Positions 24,894 to 39,200 of a stretch of 64,000 bases of DNA are shown in pieces. The DNA comes from Ramazzottius varieornatus. Its lineage: Eukaryota > Animalia > Tardigrada. A program made the translations under genes and the position numbers. Numbering within the stretch: the first letter of the stretch is position 1; every line of letters begins with the position of its first letter. The notes beneath the pieces were generated by a model. The model was not told the origin of the DNA, ran no database searches, and saw only the letters and a list, made by a program, of their open reading frames with translations. The stretch is from NCBI GenBank assembly GCA_001949185.1, contig BDGG01000013.1:1250862-1314861 (forward strand), given 5' to 3'.

Positions 24894-25974
24894 CTACCCA
24901 ATCGGCGACATCAGTAAGGTCAGTTCTCGGACATTAACATAAGGTGGCGCCCCCACAACGTATAGTACTGCATCCGCCATATCCTTGGCAGCTTGGGCAG
25001 GAAACCTGTTCTTCTCTTGCAGAACCCGAATTTGGCCTGGGGACAATTCTCTCATCTTTTCTAGGTCCCCACGGTCTCCCCCAACTTCGGTCTGGACAAG
25101 TCCTCCGCTTATACTCTGGAAATAAACAAATCACTTTCCCTTCCTAGTATGATATCCCTGCCTTTCATTGCAGCCCTACACACGCTTATGAAGTCAAAGT
25201 ATCGTACCGTTACGCGTATGTTTGTCTTCTTTTGCCGAAGTTCCGCGTTGAGAGCCTTAGTCAACGCAGTGACCATATGCTTTGCTCCGATATAGAAATC
25301 GAAAGCATTGTGGCCTGTCTGGCTGTTCATATGACCAGCGATACTGCAAAGTAAAACGTGAACATCGTGACAAATCTAAAACACCAGGCCATACGACTTC
25401 CGCCTCAAGAGTCTATAAAGATAAAAAAGGTGCGTAGGAACATCGTGGCAGTGTATACAATACCCACCTGTTGAAGTTGATGATATGCCCATCGTCAATT
25501 TTGTCCTTGAACATTAGTCGGAGAGCTTCCCTGTTGCAGATAGACAAGGCCATCACGTTCAGCTGTAACAAGCGCTCGATCGTTGGTTAATTCAACAGGT
25601 GAGGTCTGAAGACCCCGTCAGAATGAATGAAAGGTACTTACGTCGATCATCTGCTTCCATCCTTTTGAATCTCCGGTCAGTAGATCATCATGGGTGAAGG
25701 TTCCTGCGTTGTTCACCACGATGTCCACATGGCCAAATTCCTTTTCGATGCGCTGGAACATGTGGACGATATCGTCTTCGTTCACGAGGTCGCATTTTAT
25801 GGCGGTAACTTTTCCGCAACTTGCACATTTCTTGGCCAGTTCCTCGATATTCTCTATCCGTCGGGCACACCCGATAACGTTGACGCCATGCGTGGCGAGG
25901 GCTTCCGCCACCGCGTACCCTGTGCCTGATGAAGCTCCGGTAACCAGCGCGGCCCGACCTCGCCACCGCTCCAT
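24894..25974 (-). CDS. DHRS11: DHRS11-like SDR, copy 2 (tandem paralog)
   Basis: MERWRGRAALVTGASSGTG, VVNNAG, YIGAK; same intron positions as copy 1; last exon open to TAG at 24894. Confidence 0.88.
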
Positions 25975-26633
25975 GTCGACCGGTCTCTAACCAAGTATGA
26001 CTGTTGGACCTTCTTAAAATTGCCGATCAGTCTAATACAGTACGTGCGGCCTGAACAAAAATTTTTTCAAGCTGTTAATCATCAAGGTTCCCCAGAAAAG
26101 CTTCTTATAAAGTATTTCCACCCGATGCGATGCGAAAATATTCCGACAGCCACCGGCAAGTCTGAAAGTCCGATCAGCTGTAGGACTGAGTAAACTTACT
26201 CGCAGGTGTTTATTCTGCACACTGAGAAAGACGTCTTTATCAGCATTCTTTCAGCCTCTGTTTACTCGGTTGTCTGTCCGTCTGGTGTGCTTTCCTTAAT
26301 TCAAGTTAGAACATGTCAATTACGAATCTTTTCGACGTTCCCATTCGTCATTGATGCTGCTTAATCATGCAAGAAGTCGGCGATCAGCGCTTCTGATTCC
26401 AGACACATCGACCTGACTCAGCCAAAATTGTTGATCGAGTAATCATTCAGTGAGTCACGGCCATACGGCATTTGGATAGTAAAGAGCGAGAACTTGATTG
26501 ATCTTCCTCTCTGTAACAGGAACCTGTTTCAAACATCAGTGAAATTAACCTAAGAGAGTTTCTGTTCTCCATTTTAGTCGACAGAGAAATACGTATTTAG
26601 TCAGCAACAATACAGCTGGTCAAAGTCAACTAA

Positions 26634-29374
26634 CTAGTTGGCTGCCATAGTGGCTGTGATCCATGGCGAAAGCGCATACACATCGGCGTAGATGCCTGGC
26701 TTCCCTGCTTCGGCACAGCCTGAAAGTTTCCACTCTATTACCAACATAGTCGCCAGTTTGAAGATAACTGGCACACTTACCAATTCCCCAAGAAACAACA
26801 CCGGTCAGTTCGATGGTTCCCTTGTCAGACTGCGTCACCATTGGGCCACCGGAGTCTCCTTGACAAGAGTCGTACGTTCCGGCGTCGTAACCTCCGCATA
26901 ACTGTAGACGGAGCAAACTCATTCAAGTATTACTTCATCAAACGCCGACAGGAATAACTGCAACTTACCATCTTATCGGTAATAGTGTATCCAGCCAGCA
27001 AAGCTTTACAATCGGCAGCCGAAAACAATTCAATGGAAGTCTGCTGAAGATTATCTGAACCTGAACCGATCTGTCCGCCACTGCCTGCAATAGAGTGAGC
27101 CGTTTACTGTATTTGCATAATTCGCCTATTTGGGAGTGAAAGGCTGATGTACACAGGGTGAGACTTACGCTGGTTCTCGTAGAGGGTTCCCCAGCCGGTG
27201 ACGTAGCCAATTTCTCGATTCTTGCTGCCGGTCGCCACTTTACTGGCATTTTGGGGCTGAGTGGGCAAGCAAGCTATTGAAGACAGGACAGCAGTTTAAA
27301 ACGTTACAAGTTCTGTTCTGAATCTGCCACAGACAATCAGTCCGTACCTGGCATGAGAGTGTTGGACCAAGCAGCGATGGGAGAATCGAGCTTGATAAGA
27401 GCCACGTCGTTGTTGGTGGAACCTTCCGGGACGTCGTACTGTGGGTGAGAGATGACTCGGGAAATACCCTTAATGTTACCGTTGGCTGCGGTAGCGGTCA
27501 GTAGATTGGTTGTTCCCAGATAGACCTGCCAATGTTTGAAACGATCCAAGTGAGATAGCATGGTTAGCTCGGCAGACAGTTTTAAAGTACTGGAGTGCGT
27601 ACCTTTGTGGTAGTCTTCAGGAGAGCTTCGCTGCTTCCTTCCACACAATGACCAGCTGTCAGAACATATTGCTTATCGATCTGGAGAAAATCTTCATTTT
27701 GTCTCGAGGTTCTTTTCGATAGTGTGCTTGCTAACGTTGACGTAAAAATCTATAAAGCATGGGGAACCCACCACAGTGCAGCCGCAGAACTGGCCACCGT
27801 ACTGGACTAAGGCACAAGCCCACGGCATACCACCGGACGGGACGGTTACGCCGTTGACAATGCGAATGTTGGGCGTGGCTGATGGGAGAATCAATGGCTT
27901 GCCGCAGACTGCCGCCGTGGAAGTGGGCGGCGGACTTGGTGAGGGTGCGGGTGCGGGATTGGGCATGGGTGTTCCGATGCTAGACCAGAAGGCTTGGAAG
28001 CCCAGCATGTTCATGTCTTGTGGTCCCGAATTGAAAGGGTTAACGCAGAAATCGACGACGGCAACGTTGGACCCGCTGGTGTACGTCCGAACTTCTGTAG
28101 TCGCCGCTTGAACGACCGCTGTACGAAAAACACACGCATGATAATAATCGCGCATTGACCGTAAGATCGCGCAGAAAAGCAAGACTTACGGAGATATGCC
28201 ACTGACTCTGAAAAAAGACAGATTCGACCAGTGAGATAAATTTGTGGAGTCGAGTGAATGGAAGTCTTATGTCGTACTTGGACCAAGGTTGGAATAGCTC
28301 GCGGTGACACAAGGAGTTGCAACATTGTTAGCCAAAGCTCCGTCAAACATGACGACAAAGTCATAGCCTCGAATGGCAAAGTTCTGGCTGTTGCGAGGGT
28401 CGATGGTGATCTGGGCCTTTTGACCAGCAGGGACCGTTACGACGAACCGCGTTTGAGTACCAGGACTGTATGGTCCACTCCGGTAGGAAGGATGGGACAC
28501 AAAGGACCCACTGGGTGCATTGTACCGTTGAACTGGATTGAATCCAGGTGGTTGGCTCACTGAAGTTTCATAAAGTGTTAGAAAACTAGGAAGAACCGAA
28601 TTCACATCAAAATTCCGAATTCAAAACTCGGCACACAAACATGACCAGAAAGATTTCCCGAATGGCGCACGCTACCGGCCATTAACACTGAAAACGTGCA
28701 CCAGTTGGGCAAGCAATCTGGTCGAGCCTTTTCGTCGAGCTCGTGGTATTTACAGCCCGTTACAGCAAAAGTTGTCCCCGCTACTCGCGCATCTTTGTCT
28801 CAAAAATTCAGATCATTACTTTTCGCGCCATCTCAGTCAATTTCATGAAACTTAGATTCTCTTCTAACTGTCAAACTTCAATTTACGAGTCGGAGATGCA
28901 GACGCATTCGAGAGCTTCGTTTTGAAACTTGGTTCCAAAACGTTCTTGATTTCCTGCTTGTGTTATGGAAAAAGAATTTTTCCGTCGAAAGGTAGAATCT
29001 TGCGGAAGCTCTGATGTGCATGTTTTGGTAGCAAGATGAGGTGTCCCTCATTCACAGAACCAATTGTTGGAACAAGGCAACAATTTGAGAGATGTGCGAT
29101 GTAAATTGATGTAATCAGCGTTATGTAATCTAGTCGATTCTTCTTGTGCTCAGATAAAACTAGAAAGCTGAATAATAAGAATAAACGTGCTTTAACTGGT
29201 AAGTTTTGACCCGCGACTGAAACAAGAATTTTCAACAAAACGGCCATAACTTTGCTGTAACAGGCCGTAGCAATCGTACGAAGTTCCCTAATCATTGTCA
29301 TTCTGACATAACTTACCCAACTGTGCCGCGGTTCCAGAGATCACCAAAGCGAGACCTAGCAGAAGACGGGCCAT
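26634..29374 (-). CDS. Secreted CUB-like domain plus trypsin-like serine protease
   Basis: Signal exon MARLLLGLALVISGTAAQL; CUB-like SGSFVSHPSY...YDFVVMFDG...GFQAFWS; Pro-rich linker; CGKP...R|IVNG activation site; LTAGHC, NDVALIKL, DSCQGDSGGP (Asp189, trypsin specificity), SWGIGCA..GKPGIY; all exons in phase. Confidence 0.92.
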
Positions 29375-31002
29375 TATGTCCTATTTTCCGCAGAAACCAA
29401 GAAAGAAAAATATTTAGCCAAAGGAGACACGAAAGTCCCTTCGACGATAAATTTCCTGCGTTGTTTTCAACAAGGAAGAACGGACTTACTGGAAAGAAAT
29501 TCCACCTTCTGAGAACACTTCGTGCTTTTTTCCTTATTTTCCATAGTTAAGAGTTTTGTTAGGTCCTTAAGAATCTTCGGACGAAGCAAAATAGAGGGGA
29601 CGCAGTGCTGATGCTTTGTGAAGAGGACACTTGTGGCGCCTGCTGTATCGGTGGACTGGTAACAGTCTTGACCTCTTACAGCGTCACTCCGGTAGAGAAT
29701 GTATGGATGCTTCAGAAGCCACATAGTTCACGTGACATTAACCGCCGAAGGACTTCGTTGGAAAACTGCCCAACAAGTGCTACGCGCACTGCAGACTCTG
29801 CAAGGTGAAGGTGAAGCCTGGTCAGCAAAACTCTCAACAACTTCATCGGTACCTCGAATATAACTTGGTCTACTATCCACCGGTTTGCGGGACGAACCAA
29901 AGGTGCGTCTTTCCAGCCGGCCCGATAAGTTTCGGAAGGTTTTCCTTCAGCGACGTGGAACCCCAGTAGTCGGTCTGCGGCTATTGAAACTTTCCTGGTT
30001 TCCGGTTCCGTTCCTGCAACATATCAAATTTCGGTCATCGAAACGAAACGAGAAGTTCGCATCTCGTAAGAAACCTTCATAACAAGTCTTCAAACACAGA
30101 ATGGATTGAACGACGAAATTACCGTGTTCGAAACATGAAGCACATGCTTTCACATGTGGACCAACAGGGTGAAGACGTGGCACGCAGCCAGGACTTTCGA
30201 CCGGGATCTCCACGATTCACCGCTTCGACTGATTGAGCAAAATAGTTTGATTGAGCCGAAACACACAATTTAGCGCGCCTTCTTCCTTGCAGATCAAAGA
30301 TCTTACAGGTTACAGCAGCTAGTGCCAACTACCGGAACTCCTGAACGTCGAAAGAAGATCTCACACTCGCGACGGGATCTCTTCCTTTCTCCTCTGGTGT
30401 TTGCTATGTCGACCGAAATCGCACAACGTCGACGAGGGATATTCGATCCACAAAAAAACGACTCCAGGTGAAGCAGATGTCGTTGATGTCCATTCCAGCG
30501 GACAGCCTTGAGTCCTGGACTGCACGATCCCCAGCTACCATTCTCATCTACGGTACGTGGCGCAGGTTCCGGTGTAAGAAAACCTAAAATATATCAAGTT
30601 CCGAGTTTCGACAGATGTGCAGGGATTCTTGAAATTCTTGGATGCTCCGTCTGCATGTATCCGGTAATTAATCAACAATCAAAGATTTGCGAAAAGGCTG
30701 TGCTGAACGCCCTCGACACCCCTATAGGTCTCTCACTATACTATCAATCAAGCGAAGATCAGCATCTTCATTTGCTGAATTTCATACTTAGTCCTCTTAG
30801 GTACGAGTACAAAAATCTTATTGTCTGTAAAGCGTAAACCCGAGGAACAATCAAGAAAGCGTAATAGGTCCCGAAGAAAAAGAAAAATCTGAGACAAGGA
30901 TCTAACAGAGTAAAAGACTAAAAAGAGAGCTGCGAGATTTGGTGTATCATGGAGTGGATGGAAAGAAAGCTTTGGTCACTAGAAAAACTGGCACAGATCA
31001 GC

Positions 31003-31640
31003 TCACGACGTCAGACGAATGTACAACTCAAACTCCCGACGAAGCTTGTCGGCTTCCTTCTTCCCGGCCTTGGCTTTGGCAAGCTTTCTTTTGGCACGGT
31101 ATCCTTCGTCGTGCAGCTCACGAAAGAGGAATTCAATGTCTTCTTTCAGCCTCATCGTCTGCTTGACGAACGACAGCGGCGGCGAGCCTTCTCCTTTCCA
31201 TTCGGCGATCTTGTTCAGGCTTTCTCGCACTTGGGGTGGAGTATAGGGCTCCATATAAGTCGCCATTCCTGAAAACACAACACGTCCGTCCAGACGAGGG
31301 TCTCCGATAGGAAGGAACAGTTTGTCTGACCGGTCAGAGAGAGCAGCTGATCATCTACGACGCCGTGTCTTACCTCGGATTCGGCTGAGTGATGATTCTT
31401 TCCAGATGACGCGTTCTCGACAATGCTGAAGGATCCTGCGGAGTTCACAACCTGAAAACAGAGGTACATCGAAGATGAAGATGGAGGAATCAAGATCGCG
31501 AGAATAATGATTTACCGCAAAACTGGATTATTTCATTTGTTGATTTCCAGATGACTGTACTGTGATTCCACTTACACCGCACCGGCACCATGAAGGACTG
31601 GAAGTATTGCTCGTCGGACATACTCGGCCAGACTTGTCTG
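31003..31640 (-). CDS. Putative small spliced orphan gene or fragment with C-terminal basic coiled coil
   Basis: Three candidate exons join in frame: TSLAEYVRRAILPVLHGA|GCELRRILQHCRERVIWKESSLSRIR|GMATYMEPY...KRKLAKAKAGKKEADKLRREFELYIRLTS*. No start exon or homology recognised. Confidence 0.35.
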
Positions 31641-32071
31641 ATAACAGAGTAGGGCCGAAGCCTACGGGTTTGAATTCCAAATGGATGTGTGAAACTTGCT
31701 CTGAGGCCCTTGCCACCGCAAGGTGTCGCTAGTGTCCGGGTCACCTTACGGTGGTCCGTATCAGGAACAATCCCAGTTCCGGTTTGCTTCCATCAGTTCC
31801 ACGAGGGTAGGACGAAAACAAGACGTTTGGCGAAAGGAACAATGCCATATCCTACAAGTAAGCTTAAAGCAGCGTACTTCTTTCTGCTGATCACTGTTCG
31901 ATCAGGATATCGAGCTACTGTATAAGTATCACAAGATCACCAGATTTTTTCTAGTCGTTTGCGTTTCGTCAGTTGCAGAGTTGTACTTCGGTCCTCTCGA
32001 CGGCAACATTACGCCAGAAAACGGGAAGTTATTTTCTATCACGATCACAATCACAATCATTTGCAGTCAAT

Positions 32072-34691
32072 ATGGACAGTCGTAAAGCAGCGCTGCTTCT
32101 TGTCCTTCTGGTCCATTACTTTGGTTTTGCACTGGCGCAAAAGGAACTGGATGACGAGGACTACGCCAGATTCAACCGTAAGCGTTCTTCCTCCGAAAAC
32201 TTATCCAGTGAGATGTTCTGAAGGACGACAATACTGGACTCATTCGAGGTTCCCACCATGAACATATTCCGTTTTCAGGTCCTGAAACGTCCGATAGCGA
32301 TTCGACTATACAGGACACCATCTCTATTCCTTCTGGGAAAGCAGTGAAGCGGGTGACAGTGGTCGACTTTGGCGAACCCAGTCCAGACAACATCACCATC
32401 GTCACCGGTAACACCGGAATATCCTCCCTCAACTTTAACCGACCCAGTCCAGCAACACCCACACTCACCGAAGCCATTGTGACGGAAACCGGATCGTTGG
32501 CCCAAGCCGGTCAAGCCGTTACTTCCTCGTCGACCCGGACCTCGACGGTCGGAGCAGCCGAGGAAACAACTAGTGACCCGGATCCATCTTCGAACTCAAC
32601 CTCAACCACCACAGAATCCCCGCCGGCCACCTCCGCTGCATCGTCCGTCGTCACTTCACCATCAACAGCTGTGAATGGAACCGTCGGTACCACCACCACC
32701 ACCACGGAGTCCATTGGCGAGCAGCTGTCCACCAGCACGCTGCCCACATTTACTCTACCACCGTCAGGTAGCATGACCACTGCCACCTCCAATACTACTG
32801 ATGGGACCTCATCCAGCACTACAGAAAAGCCCGCAGCAGCGACCAACTCTACGGAAACATTTCCGGACGCAGTAGGGAACACAACGAAAAGTTCCAACGC
32901 AACCGAAACGGAGCCTGGGTCTTCCGCAACCACGGTCCCTTCGTTTGTCAATGCGACCAGCAGTCTTCCCGATAACGGTACGAGCTTAGTCCACAGCACG
33001 AACTCCGCATCAGTGACGCCAACCAGCTCCACAACGTCCTCTCCACAACTGGCGAACCCGTGCAAAGTCCTTGGTGATGGTTTGCGATCTGGGACCTTCG
33101 AATCGGTAAGTCTATCTATCTCGTCTAACTCTGGGCGGTTCCCTGAATCAGATCGTAAATCTTATTTTGTGTGTCTGCAGATTGTCCTTCCCAGCACGTG
33201 CAGCCTGTTCGTACCACCAGCCACCGTCGTCGCCAGCACGGGCCAGGCCTTCAACAATGGCACTCAGTTCGCTGCACCCGGTGTAAGTAATCTCGGAACC
33301 TCTTTCTCTACCTCATACATTATGCCCACTTTTCGCAACCGGTATCGTTCATCGAACTAAATGGTTCAATGTTGCAGACGGATCTTGTGGAGTACTCTGT
33401 CATTTCCGCTTCGGTAGGTGACTTGTCAGTTTCTGCCCTCTTGAATTACAGTCGGCAGTTTACCACTTGCTCATTTTCGTCCGTTTTATAGGAGGGAGCT
33501 GAGATCATCAACCGTCTAAGTCTTCGTCCGGTCACCACGCCCGGCGCGAACCAGGAAGTCATTCTTCGCAACTACGGCAACACCTCTTCTCCTCTTCCGA
33601 CACAGCCCAACCTTCCCATCAATAACCCCTTCGCTGCCGCGCAACCTCTTGGTGGCCCTGGATCGCACTTCATCTCTCCTGCTTCACAGTCCCCCATCGC
33701 CACGGGTCTCTCCTCTCAAGGCTCCGGTTTCCAAGGTTGGGGAGCACCAGCTTTGGCGCCTGTCGCCCCCACCTCTCCCTATGCCAACCTACCAGCACCG
33801 TACGCTGCAGCGGCCATCATGGGACTGGCTAACCAAGGATGGGGTGGCATACAGGGTATGGCTCAAGCAGGGGGCATCGGCTTGCCGGGTACCGACGCAG
33901 ACTGGACCGCACCGTCACGCAACAGACTGTCCTCCATTCTAGGCTTCGGGCCCAACTATGGTCCATCTTCTCCAACGGCCGGGGTATTGGGACTGATGGG
34001 ACCTGCATCGCCTTCGAACTCGGGTGAATAACGTCGAAAAAGCCACCTACAGCAATCAAGTCAAAAGTCTACAGTACCTGAATATTCAGTGATGGAGTGT
34101 TCAACATTTCGTAGTACAGTAAAACGTCCGGAGTGTTTGAAGCGGATTCACCTCTGACTTTACAAAGCCAGCTTCCTAAGAAAACAGATGAAGTTCGCAA
34201 GGTGTTCTGAATTCAAGCTCTTTTTTGTTGCAGGATGGGGACGCGCGGAACCCTTGGCAGAACGATCAACCGGCCTTGCGAACAGAAGGCACCCCAACGG
34301 TCTGATATCGGCTCTGCAGTCTTGGGGTGATGACTCGTCAAGCAGCTTTCCGTACCAGTCTCGACACCCTTCTGCCTACGGACCTCTTGCCGAACCATCC
34401 GATGACAATGAGATCGTCATGACTGCCGACGGTCCCATCAGTGTGCCGCGTTCGACATTGGCTCTGTACGCTCCTAGGCTAACCTCGCTATACCTGCAGC
34501 AACCGGGACCTTCACAAGCGTACCGCAGCCCGGGCCTGTACGACAGCGACCTTGTTTTGAAGAAGACAAAAGATGCAACAACGATAGGGAAAATTGCGAC
34601 TTTGTTGGCAAAAGAGGCGGCGAGAGCTGCTTCCCGTCGAAAGCGAGCATCGATCGACCCGGCCTTGGTTATGTCTTTAGGGACAGGTTAG
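32072..34691 (+). CDS. Secreted Ser/Thr-rich mucin-like protein with Gly/Pro/Ala-rich C-terminal half
   Basis: Signal peptide MDSRKAALLLVLLVHYFGFALA; ~200-aa S/T-rich tract with many NxS/T sites; two-Cys segment; G/P/A-rich region; RRKR near the C-terminus; 6 in-phase exons. Confidence 0.8.
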
Positions 34692-36211
34692 TACTGATTC
34701 GTACTCTCGATTCGAGAATTACCTCGAACATGATCGTTTTCCCAAGTGGCGCACAACAGGCAACAGCAGTGAACATGTGCGCCACTTGAGATAACGATAT
34801 GCGCCATTTGAGTCAAAGTGAATATTCGAGCTTTTATCCGGGTTCGAAGGTTCGCCGAAGGACGAATGGTCACGCAACTTGAACGCACTGGTAGTGAGGG
34901 CGTTTAACGAAACGGATCAGCAGCAACGTAAAGTTCACGCTGCCATTGTAACAGTTCCAGAAAGCACCTGGGAGAACAAGCAACAGCTGGCTGCTCGCGA
35001 TGAATTGGTTTCTTTGTGCGTGCAACGGTGCTTGGGTGTAATGGATCCGCAGTTCAACTGTGCCGCCCGCTGTCGAATAGCTCCGAAGTCTTTTTGAATG
35101 GCTGGTGTAGCCAGCATGTGTTTCTTTGTTAATAATCGCCATCGGTTGTCTATTTTTTGCTCGAGGTGGCCTCGGAGTAAATTATATGGACCTTTTGGTG
35201 CGTGAGAGCCTGGAGCTCTTTTTTGCCTTGATTGGGCTGCATTTTTGATGTGGGTGGGTCGGGATACATGAGATTTACCCGATGGTCGTTGTTTTCTTTT
35301 TACCTTCTGTCCTATGTGAAGGAATCTGCCATATGCATGGTTTTACTCATTTAAGATCTGGTATGCGCTTCGCAAGGCGGAATTCTGTAATTCGAAATCA
35401 ATGTACGAACCTGTATTCACTTTGCTCTGAGCCCGCCACTAAGCCCGCGGCCTGCTAGGTCACTAATTTCGCCAAACTTCTGATTGGTTGACACATGATA
35501 ATCTAGTTACGTGTACGATTGAGGTTTAATCTAACCACCGTCGGCTGTCGTTATCCTTGTCATCACTTCGACCCTGTACAGCTCGCTCAACTGGCGCAAG
35601 ATCCTAGGTCCGAAAGTTGATTGCTACATCCGCGATGTGGGAGTAAGCTGATTCAGGCTTGAGTCATGCGATCGAGACGAACATCGGTTACGTTGATGAA
35701 GGCTCGATGCTGTGCGTGATCTGACCCGTTTTACCGACGGATCAAGAGGGATGAATTCGTCTTGCTACCGTTCAACATCTTACTGGTTTTGCAACGTATG
35801 TACTCCGCTCTGGATGGTGGTGTTGATTGCTGGCGTGGTTCGAAGACTCCGAATCTTGTACAGTATTTATAATTTTTCTAGTGGCTTTTAATTTTATAGT
35901 GGCTTCTTCCCGTACTATACTCACATTTAATTCAGTCTAGTCAGTAACAACTTGAGAAGAGCGCCGGTAATTGACAAACACCACGCCCATTGGAGAGACC
36001 CCGATGCCGCGCCGATGAACGCACCTTTTGAGCACACCTTCAGTTCCTCTGAAAAGATATTGCGTGAGCACTTGGGAGGTTTCGCTACTGTTCATCCAAA
36101 AATGTCGATAGGACGTTCCACACCCAATTTTTCTTTTCGAAGTATCCATCTCCATCTGCAACACAGGGATCATGCTGAATAACCAGACACTAAAATCGGA
36201 AGTTTCAAGAA

Positions 36212-39200
36212 ATGCTGTCCATGAACTACAGTTATCTACTATTTGGTTTGATCTGCCTTTCTGCTGGGACGAGGATTTGCGGAGCTTCCAGCTCCTTCCT
36301 CCAAGAACCAATACAGATTGAGATCATCACTGTTGGAAATATCCACTCCAACGCGTCTCTCTCTAATCTACCCTACATTGCACCTGGAATGATTGTCGCA
36401 TTGGATCAACTTCGGCAAACTTTCGGTCATCGAGTCAACTTCACTCAAACGTTACTGTATAACAGACAGTACACATCTTGTCAACTCCTCACTGACAATG
36501 TGGACTTCCTGGTAGCTGAATACTATTACACAAGAAGGAAGACGAACTCCAACATGACGGTCTTCATTGGAGTCGGTGAGAAGTGTGGTTCACTCAACCG
36601 TAGTTACTAGTTAGAAGGAGGCAATCAACCTCACCTTCGTCATGGCGTCAGTTTAACCTAATTCCGTCGTGACACACCTTTATAGCCACATTTATTGCGC
36701 TCAGTTACCGCCATCCTATGGTACATTTGGTACCATACCGGAATATCATTTGGGCAAAATGTCAACCGACACTATGGCGAACTTTGAGTATTAACTAATC
36801 TTCATAGTAACTTTCCAGAATACCGTTCTGCACAATAGTCCTCTTCACGACGGGCTGTCATCTCGAAACCATTTGATTTGAAATCCAAACCTCCTTGATC
36901 AGCTGAAATTGGTCGTGAATAGTGAAACACGATTTGAAATTTTGTAAATAATAAACGGCTAGCGGGCCAAACAAGGCGCGAGTTTCGCGGGGTAGTTTGT
37001 AAGCAAACTATGCATCGTGACAGGGCCGAAACTCCAGACTCTCTTCTGGCTAATCTCTATCCCCGATATCCTTGACGACAAGTATGGAGAAACCCGACCA
37101 AGATCAAGTACCCCCGCCATGTAAAGCACAGTGGGAACGGAAATCAAGAGACAAATGAAAATTTTCAAGTCAAGTGTGTAGGAGACAATCAGGTTTCGCT
37201 TTCTAAATAGGGGGCTGCTTATCTAGCAGCCGAAAGTTGGTAATCCACTCTCTGAATCAACACAATCCACCAACTTTTAAAGCCCGTCGATAGGAGGACA
37301 AAGCGTAACGGCCAGTAAACCTCATCGGAAATGACGCATAAGAGGCAATAGAGAGTTTGATACGGAACTCGAGCAGCGCAAGAAATCCGAGCAGCGTAAG
37401 ACTTTGGCCCCTCCCATTCCTTACTTTGATCGGCTGAGGTTAAGATCGCTGCGCGATCCAGCCGATTAGCGTAACTTCTCCGGAAGGGTTTGTAAAACCT
37501 CCATCAATTTTCATAATTAATGACTTTTTGGTAAGATGCGATGTCAAATCACACGAAGTTTCCAGTTCCGATACAGCAACGGAAAAAGTGATGTCCAGTT
37601 CCGACTGCTTAAAGCTCAAGTGAATCTTGATACGAAAAGCAGCAGTTAAGGGCAAAGTAAAATCCAGAAAGTGGCAAAAGTCACAGTTAGAGAAAGTTCT
37701 TACTGCTGCAAAAGTCACAGTTAAAGTTGCAGTCTCACTGAATTTTCGAAAGCCACAGCTACAACCACAGTCACACTGAGATTTTCGTTGTTTTCTAGGT
37801 TGACAAAGTCAGAGTCGGGCGTACAGTCGTTGCTACAGTTTGACGAATAATTAATAACCGACGTTAAACCCTGAAAGATGCAGTTAGAGGGGCAGTTGGC
37901 ACCACGGTGGGACGTCTTGAAAGCAAATCTGAGGTTTTGAAAAACTTTTGGGAAGAAATACCCACAGAAAAGCTTAGTTGGAACGTTACTCGGATTTCTT
38001 ACGCACTCGAGTAACGGCCCATATGCCTCACCCGGGAATTAAGCACCGAGCACAAAAGTGGGTTCAGTCGGTTCGGCTCCGCCCACGTGCTTCCTTTTAA
38101 TTGGCTCAGTCCTACGCTAATCCGATTTCTTGCTCTGCTCGAGCGCCGTATCAACCTCTGGAATAACTAATCGGCATTTTGCACAGTCGGGAATATGAGC
38201 AAACAATATTTACACCACTGATCTGACTGTTTGATCTAAAGTCAGTCGACATCTTGGTCATGCGATATTCATGGTCGGCGTTCTGGTCGAACGATATTTT
38301 GCGCAGGGACCGGTAGACTTACTGCGAAAATGTTTACAGGATGCACTGAAAGACTGTCCATGGGAAAGCTGATTAGTGGATGGAATGCATTCATGACAAT
38401 CGGGTATGAATCCCGCCGTTCATAACACGATAATACTCACCTATACGAGGTAAACGACATAATTCGGGCGACGCGAAAAGTTCGAAGATTAGTGTCAACA
38501 CTTGATTTATCTCTCATCGTACGCCTGTTGATACAGCATTAGCCTTTTTAACATTGGACAGACCCATCTCTCACTCAGGCCGAATTCCCATAATCGACAA
38601 CGCTTTTTCTTTCTCAAACCTATTGAAACCTCAAGGAAAGGGATCAATCTACCTCAGGAAACAAGAAGTAGTTCATTACGCGCAGCAGAAGCTGAGAAAA
38701 AATATGCCTCTGTTATGGTGCGAAAACCGCTATGCCCGAATTATGTCGTTTACCTCGTACGTAAATCAATAGTGGTCGGTTTAGTTCCGATTGATATCCA
38801 ACCCATCTCCTCTTTGTCCTGCGTGTAGTGGCGCAGCGGAAACCATCTTCCGGAACAAGACACTTTACCCAAATGTTATCCTGGCCGGCAACAACGCGGT
38901 GAAGAGCATGCACAACATCTATACCAAGTTCTTTCAGCGGTTCTTGTGGACTTCGGTCTACATTTTGCTGGATTCGTCAGCCACACCCATGCACCTTCTC
39001 CTGATTCAAAACTTTGTGTCGGGGTTGACTGCGAAGGGCTTCCGGGTCAAGTTTGCCAATACCGACATGCGGAACCCGGAAAAGATCAATCTAAGCATTA
39101 TCCTACGAGACATGCAAATGTCAGCTCGGGGTAAACAACTTTAATCCATAACCCATTCTCTTTTTGGATACCCGACCCTATATGTAATACATTTCATAAG

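Noticed and set aside
25040-25115. Suspected frameshift in the last exon of DHRS11 copy 2
   Set aside because: Recounting the G run gives an open frame to the stop at 24894.
29467-30840. Several short ORFs upstream of the CUB-trypsin
   Set aside because: Frames are interrupted by stops, and I could not join them or recognise homology.
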